From: a virus
DNA: 64,000 bases
Reading direction: 5' to 3' (one strand)
Virus record (IMG/VR): IMGVR_UViG_3300022744_000003
Coordinates: 1 to 64,000 of that record
In this document: piece by piece, positions 51,520-58,987 of the stretch
Numbering within the stretch: position 1 is the stretch's first letter
How the letters are laid out: each line of letters starts with the position of its first letter
Notes under the pieces: model-generated
Told to the model about the DNA's origin: nothing
Databases searched by the model: none
Seen by the model: the letters and a program-made list of their open reading frames with translations, nothing else
Translations under genes and position numbers: made by a program

Positions 51520-51764
51520 TGCTGCGACAGAGCGAAGAACGAGGCGTCGAACGGCACGCCTACTCCATCCCACCGGTGGAGCTCGACCGCAGGCCAAGGT
51601 TCCGCCCGGCCCTACATGGCTGGGCGGCCGGACACCCCCGCTGGTTCACTGGCGGGGGTTCCGTGCGTCTGGGTACTCTTCAACCGCTGGTGGAAGATGA
51701 TGGCCCCCGGGGCAGGCCGGGGATTGACGAGAGCGCGGTGCGAGTCCGCCACCGCCAGCATCTC

Positions 51765-51836
51765 GCCGTTGTGGTCTAGTGGCTTGGGCCCCTGCCTTCC
51801 AAGCAGGAGACGGGAGTTCGATTCTCCCCAGCGGCT
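51765..51836 (+). tRNA. tRNA-Gly (anticodon UCC)
   Basis: Hand-folded. Acceptor GCCGTTG/CAGCGGC. Anticodon arm CCTGC-CTTCCAA-GCAGG. T-arm GGGAG-TTCGATT-CTCCC. No encoded CCA. Confidence 0.8.
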
Positions 51837-51837
51837 C

Positions 51838-51913
51838 TACGCGGTGGGTTGCCGGCATCCCGCCCTGATTCTGGATCAGGAGCACGCAGGTTCGACTCCT
51901 GCCCGCGTAGCCA
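51838..51913 (+). tRNA. tRNA-Gln (anticodon CUG), CCA encoded
   Basis: Acceptor TACGCGG/CCGCGTA. Anticodon arm CCTGA-TTCTGGA-TCAGG. T-arm GCAGG-TTCGACT-CCTGC. The D-arm is atypical (3 bp). Confidence 0.7.
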
Positions 51914-51961
51914 CTTGCCGCCCTCCGTAGCCTGGGAGCAGGCCCAACCAGGAGGAATCCC

Positions 51962-52294
51962 ATGGCACTGATCTCGGCTCAGACCCCCGTCCGCGGCGGA
52001 GTCGCGCTCACCTTCTCGGCGGCCAACGCCGGTGGTGACACCGTCCGCACGGGCGACCGCGTCTACCTGCTCGTCCGCAACAGCGACGCGTCGGCGAAGA
52101 CGGTCACCATCGACGTCCCGGGCAACACCAGCTACGGCCAGGCCAACCCCGACGTCTCCCTCTCGGTGGCGGCCGGCGCGACGGCGATCTTCGGCCCGAT
52201 CGACTCCGTGTTCGTCCAGCCCGGCACCAACCCGCCCACGGCGAACATCACCTACTCGGCGGTCACCAGCGTGACCGTCGCCGTCATCTCCTGA
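51962..52294 (+). CDS. small beta-sandwich-like protein (110 aa)
   Basis: AGGAGG RBS. ORF track entry. Confidence 0.6.
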   Translation: MALISAQTPVRGGVALTFSAANAGGDTVRTGDRVYLLVRNSDASAKTVTIDVPGNTSYGQANPDVSLSVAAGATAIFGPIDSVFVQPGTNPPTANITYSAVTSVTVAVIS

Positions 52295-52298
52295 TCCG

Positions 52299-53093
52299 AT
52301 GACGAACGCCTTCGGCGTGGTCCACAAGCGCCAGCAGCGCAGCGCCACCGAGCGCCAGGCTGCTGGCGCCGTGGTGGGCGGAGCCGCCGCGCAGGGCGTG
52401 TACCAGGGCTCGGGGTACGCGGCCAAGCACGTCATGGACTCGACGAAGTTCCGGTCCAAGATGACCAACCGCGACTCCAAGCGGGTGAACTCGGCGAAGA
52501 AGGCCGCGGGCATCCCGGTGGGCCAGGCGGTGCGTGCCCAGGACTACGGGCGCAACTACGTCGACTTCTTCCGCTCCTACCCCCGCGACGTGCCGGGGTG
52601 GAGGGCGCGCCGGCTCATGGCCCGCACGCACGGGGGCAAGACCGGCACCATCGTGGGCGGGGCGGTCACCGCGGCGGGAGCCGTGGGCGGGGTCAAGCTG
52701 GCCCAGACCACCCAGAAGAAGCCCAAGAGGCAGAAGATCCGGGTCACCCCGGTGAAGAAGTCCTTCGAGCGGGGCGAGGAGCGCTGGGCGCCGCCGTGGG
52801 AGGTCAGCAAGGGGCTGCCCAGCTCCCTGCGACGCGGCGTCGACAAGGACGCGCTGATGATGATCCCCCGCGACCCCAAGAGGCCGTTCGACGGCGCCAG
52901 CCGGCTCGGTGACGGGATCTCCTACAGCCAGTCCCGTGTGATGGCCAACCAGCTCGGCCAGCGGGCGGCGAAGCGCATCAAGAACACCCGCCTGGCCCGC
53001 AAGCCCGCCGCGCAGCAGGAGTGGGCCCGCCAGGCCGCACGGGACATCGACGAGGGAGAGGCGTTCCGGAACATCTCTCGAGGGAAGAAGTGA
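52299..53093 (+). CDS. basic protein (264 aa), AFGVVHK N-terminal motif family
   Basis: Begins MTNAFGVVHKRQQRS. Has the Gly-rich hydrophobic segment GGAVTAAGAVGGV. Lys/Arg-rich. Confidence 0.65.
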   Translation: MTNAFGVVHKRQQRSATERQAAGAVVGGAAAQGVYQGSGYAAKHVMDSTKFRSKMTNRDSKRVNSAKKAAGIPVGQAVRAQDYGRNYVDFFRSYPRDVPGWRARRLMARTHGGKTGTIVGGAVTAAGAVGGVKLAQTTQKKPKRQKIRVTPVKKSFERGEERWAPPWEVSKGLPSSLRRGVDKDALMMIPRDPKRPFDGASRLGDGISYSQSRVMANQLGQRAAKRIKNTRLARKPAAQQEWARQAARDIDEGEAFRNISRGKK

Positions 53094-53314
53094 TCAGCGC
53101 CTTCGGGGTCGTGCACAAGGGGATGCCGCCCAAGAAGCTGAAGGCGCTCGGCGGCGTCATAGGCGGCGGCTCCCCCCTCATCGGGTACGGGCGGGTCGCC
53201 CGCAAGCCGTTCGATCCCGACCCGCTGACCAAGGACCCGTTCAACCGCGAGGTCAGGCGGCTGGCTCGGCAGAAGCGCGCGGTCGAGGCCCTGAAGCTGC
53301 CGAGGAAGCGATGA
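53090..53314 (+). CDS. small basic protein (74 aa), SAFGVVHK N-terminal motif family
   Basis: GTGA overlap start. Translates as VISAFGVVHKGMPPKKLKALGGVIGGGSPLIG. Tail of ORF 53021..53314. Confidence 0.55.
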   Translation: MISAFGVVHKGMPPKKLKALGGVIGGGSPLIGYGRVARKPFDPDPLTKDPFNREVRRLARQKRAVEALKLPRKR

Positions 53315-53775
53315 TCTGGGGGATCGACCTGGGGGTCAGGACCGCCCACCTGGCCGGCTTCGAGGACGACGAGCTCGTGCACCTGGTCTCCATCGGCTAC
53401 GCGAAGAAGCTCCCGCACCGCTCGATGGAGCTCATGGGCATCCAGGCCCAGGCCCAGGAGTACATCGCCCCAGAGGACGACGTCTGGGTGGAGCGCCCTC
53501 CCCTGGCCGGTCCCAAGAACCTCACCACCTTCGCCGACCTCAACCAGGTCTTCGGGGTGCTCATGGCCGCCGTGGGAGGCCGCGAGGCCATCGTCCCGGT
53601 CTGGAAGCACGACGTCTGCGGCAACGGGCGCATGACCAAGGCCGAGGTGTCGCACTGGCTCAAAGATCATCACCGCCCCTACTCTGACGAGTGTGGTGGC
53701 GACCAGAACCTCGTCGATGCGGTCTGCATCGCCCTCTACGGACGGCAGGTCGCTGCTCGAGCGCAGGCGCTCTGA
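53311..53775 (+). CDS. ruvC: RuvC-like Holliday junction resolvase
   Basis: Contains MIWGIDLGVRT (catalytic D), WVERPP and DAVCIALYG. 154 aa. Confidence 0.7.
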   Translation: MIWGIDLGVRTAHLAGFEDDELVHLVSIGYAKKLPHRSMELMGIQAQAQEYIAPEDDVWVERPPLAGPKNLTTFADLNQVFGVLMAAVGGREAIVPVWKHDVCGNGRMTKAEVSHWLKDHHRPYSDECGGDQNLVDAVCIALYGRQVAARAQAL

Positions 53776-53800
53776 GCACCATCTGGGCGAGGGGGTATGG

Positions 53801-54277
53801 GTGGTCGAGCACTCCCGATGGGTGTCGATCGACCTCGTGATCGTCGAGGAGCACGCCGGTATCGACCCCGAGCTCTGGGGCATGGACGAGCCTTCGATGA
53901 GCCCGCGGTGGCAGGACTACATGCCCCTGTGGCACACCGAGGCGCACTGCAAGCAGATCGTGGACTGGGACGAGACCTACTTCGGGGACACGCCCGAGTC
54001 CAGGGCCAGCCTGAGCACGGCCCGCTTCCGCAAGGCCCAGGCCGTGTGCTCGACCTGCCCGGTGATCGAGAGCTGCGCGATCCACGCGATCAGCCAGCCG
54101 GAGGAGTACGGCATCTGGGCCGGGACGACCCCGATGATGAGGCAGAAGGCCCGTGACCTGATCGAGGCTGGCATCATCTCCTTGGAGGAGACCGTCGAGG
54201 TCATCGTCGGGGGAGCCGTCCAGACGTTCAAGGAGCTCGCGGATGCGATCGACTCAGGCCTGCGGGACGTGATCTGA
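53801..54277 (+). CDS. whiB: WhiB-family transcription factor
   Basis: Four Cys in WhiB spacing (HCKQ...AVCSTCPVIESC) followed by GIWAGTT. The start is uncertain (GTG 53801 after GAGGGGG, or ATG 53882). Confidence 0.75.
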   Translation: MVEHSRWVSIDLVIVEEHAGIDPELWGMDEPSMSPRWQDYMPLWHTEAHCKQIVDWDETYFGDTPESRASLSTARFRKAQAVCSTCPVIESCAIHAISQPEEYGIWAGTTPMMRQKARDLIEAGIISLEETVEVIVGGAVQTFKELADAIDSGLRDVI

Positions 54278-54768
54278 TGCCTCCCCGCAAGAAGAAGGAG
54301 ACCCGCCCGGACGGCCAGCTCGTGGTCGTCCCGCCGGACGCCGGCGACGAGGAGCGGGCGCGCCAGGCCTACTGGCTGCGGGCCGAGAAGGGCCTGTCGT
54401 GGGAGGAGGTCGCCTCCCAGCTCGAGTACGCCAGCGCGGACAGCGCGCGGCTCACCGTGCACGGCTACCTGCAGCGAGCAGCCCTCCAGCTCGGCAGCGA
54501 GCGCCGGCGCGAGGTCCTGAACCACGAGCTCGGGCTGTTCGACAAGATCGAGCTGGTGCTCATGCCCCGTGTGCTCGACGGCGACCTCAAGGCCATCGAG
54601 TCCCTGATGAAGGCCTCGATGAACCGGGCCAAGCTCATGGGCCTGCTCGACGCGAACGGGGAGAAGAACACCACCAAGACCGTCGTGGTGACCTCGGAGA
54701 ACTTCGTCGAGACGATGCGGGCCGTCGCCCTGGGCGAGCACCCCGCGCAGATGGGAGAGGCCGGATGA
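54277..54768 (+). CDS. HTH protein resembling a terminase small subunit
   Basis: Contains AEKGLSWEEVASQLEYASADSARLTVHGYL, then an oligomerisation-like LDGDLKAIESLMKASMNRAKLMGLLD. No large terminase gene is adjacent. Confidence 0.45.
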   Translation: MPPRKKKETRPDGQLVVVPPDAGDEERARQAYWLRAEKGLSWEEVASQLEYASADSARLTVHGYLQRAALQLGSERRREVLNHELGLFDKIELVLMPRVLDGDLKAIESLMKASMNRAKLMGLLDANGEKNTTKTVVVTSENFVETMRAVALGEHPAQMGEAG

Positions 54769-55208
54769 CCGACATCACCCTGGTCGCGAAGGTCACCCGC
54801 ACCGCCCTGGGCCTGGCGGACCTCGACATCAACGACCACCTGAACTACTCCTGCGGCATCCCCATGCTCGGCGGGGAGAAGCGCTGGAAGCGGAACTCCA
54901 TCTCGAGCGCGTACCAGCGCGGCGAGGTCGAGAACAGCGCGACCCTGGGCGACGTCATCGAGACCGTGACCGTCGAGGTCAAGGGCTCCAGCTACGCGAA
55001 CATGATGGCAAACGTGGCTACTCTGCGTGAGGCCTTCGGGCAGGGGCAGTACCAGCTCAAGCTCACCATCGACGGCACCCAGCACACCTGGGCGTGCAAG
55101 CGGGCGGACGAGCAGTACGACATCGTCTCCGGGCGCATCGCCTCCCGCCAGGTGAAGTGGACCTTCTCCGTCCCCCGACTCCCCGACGCCGTGGCTGGAG
55201 CCTTCTGA
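54765..55208 (+). CDS. tail protein (distal-tail-like, 147 aa)
   Basis: ATGA overlap start. First gene of the tail-tip block. The function is inferred from position only. Confidence 0.5.
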   Translation: MTDITLVAKVTRTALGLADLDINDHLNYSCGIPMLGGEKRWKRNSISSAYQRGEVENSATLGDVIETVTVEVKGSSYANMMANVATLREAFGQGQYQLKLTIDGTQHTWACKRADEQYDIVSGRIASRQVKWTFSVPRLPDAVAGAF

Positions 55209-55645
55209 TGCCCACCTCGATCACGGACTACGGCGCGGACCTGGTGGCGAACATCATCACCGGGAACGCCACCATGCCCGCGACGCTCTACGTTGCCCTG
55301 TGCGCGGGCGTTCCGGACACCGGGTTCGACGGGACCGTCCTGGACACGATCGAGCCCCAGGACGCCTCCTACGGCCGCCAGAGCATCTCCATGGCCTCCT
55401 CGGCCTGGGACGTCTCCTCGGCGGGCGTGTGCACGTCCCTGGTGGCCGTGAACTACTCCGTGCCGGCGGCCGACTGGGGGATCATCACCCACTGGGCGCT
55501 GTGCACCGCGGCGACCAACGGCGAGGTGTTCGGCTACGGGGAGTTCGACGTCGCGCGCCGGGTGATCGCCGGTGCTGCCTTCTCCATCCCCATCGGCGGC
55601 CTGGCGATCGGCGTGGGCGGCCCTGAGAACCCGGTGGTGCTCTGA
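55208..55645 (+). CDS. small fibre-module protein (145 aa)
   Basis: TGATG overlap start. The pattern LYVALCAGVP...YGRQSI...DWGIITHWALCTAATNGEVFGYGEF is shared with the N-domain of 55645 and the C-domain of 62355. Confidence 0.55.
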   Translation: MPTSITDYGADLVANIITGNATMPATLYVALCAGVPDTGFDGTVLDTIEPQDASYGRQSISMASSAWDVSSAGVCTSLVAVNYSVPAADWGIITHWALCTAATNGEVFGYGEFDVARRVIAGAAFSIPIGGLAIGVGGPENPVVL

Positions 55646-56976
55646 TGGCCGGCATCCAGTCCCCGAAGTGGACCGAGGCGGGGCTGCGCCTGCTCATGGA
55701 CAGCGCGCTGAACATCGGCACGCCGGTCCTGAGCACGGGCGCCTACCTGGCCTTCTTCGACGACACCGACGCGGAGATCGCGCTGTCCGGCGGGCGGGTG
55801 GCGCTCACCGCGTGGACCGAGTCCGTGAGCACGAACCCCCTGGGCGTGTCCAAGGTGCTCTCGGGCTCCTACACCGCGACCTTCGCGGCGACCAGCGCAG
55901 TGGCCCGGCTCGCGGTGATGAACGCCTCGACGGGCGGCATCGAGCTGTTCTCCGGCGACTTCGTCAGCCCCTTCCCGGTGACCTCGGGTGACACCTTCGT
56001 GCTCAACAGCGGGGACATCGTGGTGCCCGCGCACAACCCCGACTCCTCGCCCTTCGTGTTCGAGACGATCACCGGCTCCGGCGTGGACGGCACGGGCGCG
56101 ACCCCCTCGGGCGGGTCGGGCGGCTACACCCCGTCCACCGGAACGCCGATCTCCGGCCTGACCTGGGCGCCGCCGAGCACCGCTGGGTACGAGCCCATCA
56201 CCGTGCCGGCCGATGGCGGCCCGATCAACATGCGCGCCGACACCGACTACGTGCTGTCCCCGCCCTCGGGCGACATCATCACCGGCCCGGTCACCCTCAA
56301 CGGCGGCCGCAACGTGGTGTGGAAGGACGGCGTGCACGGCGGCCGCACCAGCGTGCCCTCCGGGTCGTACGACAGCAGCCGGCGCGGGATCCGCATCAAC
56401 GACTCCTCGCTGGGAGCCTCGGCCCCCACCCGCGTGGTCTTCCTCGAGGGGCACTGGTTCAAGCCCGGGACGTACCTCTCGGACGGCATCCAGATCGGCC
56501 TGCGCAAGGAGAACAACACCATCGTCGTCCTGCAGAACATCAGGATCGACGCCTACCTGTACGGCAGCCAGGCCACCGTCCACGCCGACGCCATCCAGGC
56601 CTGGGGCGGGCCGATGCAGCTCCTGGTGGACGGCTTCACGGCCAAGCACTGCGGCTACCAGGGCGCCTACCTCGATCCCGGGGACGGCAGGAGCAACCCC
56701 ACCGGGACGCACTCGGGCTGGGTGTTCCGCCGGGTCAACCTCGAGGGCGACTCCGGCGCGCGCTACCTGCTGGCGATCCGCGAGCCCACCTACGCCAACA
56801 TCACCAACGACCGGGTCTACACCCTGGGCCAGGGAGCGAGCGCGACGGACGGCTTCGGCTCCTGGCCGAGCTCGGGCCTAACGCAGTCCAGCGCCCCTCC
56901 CGGCGGGGACTGGGTGCCGAGCAGCCTGTGGCCCACCGGCGTCGGCGGAGGCTACGTCAGCCCCGGCTACGGGTGA
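55645..56976 (+). CDS. tail fibre/spike with beta-helix-like C-domain (paralog of 6636..7571)
   Basis: 443 aa. The C-domain 56296..56976 aligns by eye with 6921..7571. Ends YVSPGYG. Confidence 0.7.
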   Translation: MAGIQSPKWTEAGLRLLMDSALNIGTPVLSTGAYLAFFDDTDAEIALSGGRVALTAWTESVSTNPLGVSKVLSGSYTATFAATSAVARLAVMNASTGGIELFSGDFVSPFPVTSGDTFVLNSGDIVVPAHNPDSSPFVFETITGSGVDGTGATPSGGSGGYTPSTGTPISGLTWAPPSTAGYEPITVPADGGPINMRADTDYVLSPPSGDIITGPVTLNGGRNVVWKDGVHGGRTSVPSGSYDSSRRGIRINDSSLGASAPTRVVFLEGHWFKPGTYLSDGIQIGLRKENNTIVVLQNIRIDAYLYGSQATVHADAIQAWGGPMQLLVDGFTAKHCGYQGAYLDPGDGRSNPTGTHSGWVFRRVNLEGDSGARYLLAIREPTYANITNDRVYTLGQGASATDGFGSWPSSGLTQSSAPPGGDWVPSSLWPTGVGGGYVSPGYG

Positions 56977-56981
56977 TCTGA

Positions 56982-58979
56982 GTGACCGCCTACACGCAGA
57001 GCCTGAGCGCGACGCTGGGCTTCCGCGCCACGCCGCTGACCTACCCGGATGCGGCGCTGGCCTACTCGCCGTCCGCCTACTGGCGGATGGGCGAGTCCTC
57101 GGGCACCCTGGCGGACTCCTCGGGGAACAGCCGCACCCTGACCGCCACGGGCTCCCCGACGTACGGCGTGGCAGGACTGCTGGCCGGGGACTCGAACACG
57201 GCGATCGCCTTCGGTCCCAGCGCGACCTACTTCTCGCGCACCGACACCACGCTGGCGCGGTACACCGCCGCGTGGAGCGTGGCCTGCCTGATCAAGCCCG
57301 ACGGCACGACCTTCGACGAGGGCGGCATCGTCTGCTCCAACTACGACGGCAGCGTGGTGCCGTGGGCGATCAGGACCGAGGCCGGCACCCGCAAGGTGCA
57401 GGCGGCGTTCTACACCGGCGGCTCCTGGTACGTGGCGCAGATCCCCTCGGACCTGACCGGAGGGCAGATCTACCACGTCGCGGGCACCTGGGACGGGACC
57501 ACGCTTCGGATCTACATCGACGGCGCACTGGCCGCCTCGAACGCTCCGGGCGCCAGCGTCAGCGGCCCGACGAACACCCTGGTCTACGTGGGTCGCCGGT
57601 GGGAGAACGACATCGGCTTCCCCGGCACGATCGACGAGGTCTCGATCTATCCGACGACCTTGACCGGCTCCCAGATCGCCGCGCTCTACAGCGCCACCGT
57701 GCCGGAGCTGAAGGGCCTGTCCAAGAGGACCGCGCGCAAGGTGAGCGCCACGCTGAACAGCGCAGGCACCCGGGCGGGCACCAAGCGCCGGAACCAGGCC
57801 CTGAGCGCGGCGCTGGGCTTCGCAGGGACGCTGGCGCGAGGCTTCCGCCTGAGCTCCCCGGGCAGCTTCGACGTCGACCTCGACGGCTCCACCGCGGGCT
57901 CGGGCGGCGGCGGCCCGGTCAGCTCCGGCAGCTCGAGCACCCCGCACATGGCCTCGGTGTCGTTCACGGGCAAGAGCGTCATCACCGTGCCCCCGATCGA
58001 CATCGGGGAGGCGCTCATCCAGGTGAGCTCGGGCGTGACGGTGGCGATCCCCTCGCCCGCGATCGTCTCCGGCCTGCCCCTGGTGCCCGACGTCTGGGTG
58101 AAGCCGGACTCGAACATGAGCATCAACGTGGGGCCGGCGGGCATCCGGGTGGTCCCGGACCCCGACCCGATCGACCCGGACAACCCCGCGCCCGGGGGAG
58201 TCGCGGCCTCGTACACCTGGAGCGTGAACACCCTCACGACGCCGGTGGCGGCCAACAGCTACCAGCTCCTGTCCTGGCCCACGACCACGGGGTCCGGGCC
58301 GTCGTGGAAGTCGAGCACGGCCTTCGCCCCGCGGGTGGCCCGGCACATCCACTACGGGCCGAACGGGAAGTACCGGACGTACTCCAAGGGCGTGCACTTC
58401 AACGCCAACGACATCGAGCACATGTGGCTGGACTGGGGCTCGGGGCTGGCCCAGCCCTTCACCGTGCTGGTCTGCGGGATCCTGCACGACTACCCGTTCC
58501 GGACGTACGGCCACTACGTGCTGGACGCCGGCAAGCCCACCTCGAGCACCCTCGCGGACGGGCAGGACCACACCATCGACGACGGCCTGGCCTACCGGTC
58601 CTTGATGCTCTACCAGTCGCGGACCTCGATCCTGGCCTCGCACACCGGCGCCGACGCGGTGCGCAACGGCAAGCACGTCATCGCCCGGAACAACTTCGTG
58701 CCCAGGCCCAGGATGATGTTCGGCCTGTTCAACGGGTCGAGCAGCTACATCGGGGCCTGGGACGTTCGCAACAAGTTCATCAAGCGCGGGACCATTGACG
58801 TCAAGACCCACCGCTACTTCGTGATGGGCCGGCGCACGGACGCGGTGAGCGACAACCTCGGTGCGTTCATGACCGTCTTCGAGATCAGGATGTTCACCTC
58901 GGCCCTGACCGGGGACCAGCTCCGCGCGCACTACAAGCAGCTCGCGTCGACCTGGAAGTTCAACCTGTACCACGTCTAG
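56982..58979 (+). CDS. LamG/ConA-like domain fibre protein carrying copies of the 18-aa basic repeat
   Basis: GTG start. LamG_3-like core (IYHVAGTWDGTTLRIYIDG...GTIDEVSIY). Repeat KRTARKVSATLNSAGT...NQALSAALGFAGTLARG at 57711..57850. Confidence 0.7.
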   Translation: MTAYTQSLSATLGFRATPLTYPDAALAYSPSAYWRMGESSGTLADSSGNSRTLTATGSPTYGVAGLLAGDSNTAIAFGPSATYFSRTDTTLARYTAAWSVACLIKPDGTTFDEGGIVCSNYDGSVVPWAIRTEAGTRKVQAAFYTGGSWYVAQIPSDLTGGQIYHVAGTWDGTTLRIYIDGALAASNAPGASVSGPTNTLVYVGRRWENDIGFPGTIDEVSIYPTTLTGSQIAALYSATVPELKGLSKRTARKVSATLNSAGTRAGTKRRNQALSAALGFAGTLARGFRLSSPGSFDVDLDGSTAGSGGGGPVSSGSSSTPHMASVSFTGKSVITVPPIDIGEALIQVSSGVTVAIPSPAIVSGLPLVPDVWVKPDSNMSINVGPAGIRVVPDPDPIDPDNPAPGGVAASYTWSVNTLTTPVAANSYQLLSWPTTTGSGPSWKSSTAFAPRVARHIHYGPNGKYRTYSKGVHFNANDIEHMWLDWGSGLAQPFTVLVCGILHDYPFRTYGHYVLDAGKPTSSTLADGQDHTIDDGLAYRSLMLYQSRTSILASHTGADAVRNGKHVIARNNFVPRPRMMFGLFNGSSSYIGAWDVRNKFIKRGTIDVKTHRYFVMGRRTDAVSDNLGAFMTVFEIRMFTSALTGDQLRAHYKQLASTWKFNLYHV

Positions 58980-58987
58980 GAGGCGTC

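Noticed and set aside
51725-51764. A third tRNA just upstream of tRNA-Gly (T-loop-like GGTGCGAGTCCGCC with a partly matching acceptor strand about 108 nt upstream).
   Set aside because: The T-loop lacks the invariant UU. The implied molecule would be about 108 nt long, and no anticodon arm or D-arm could be folded.
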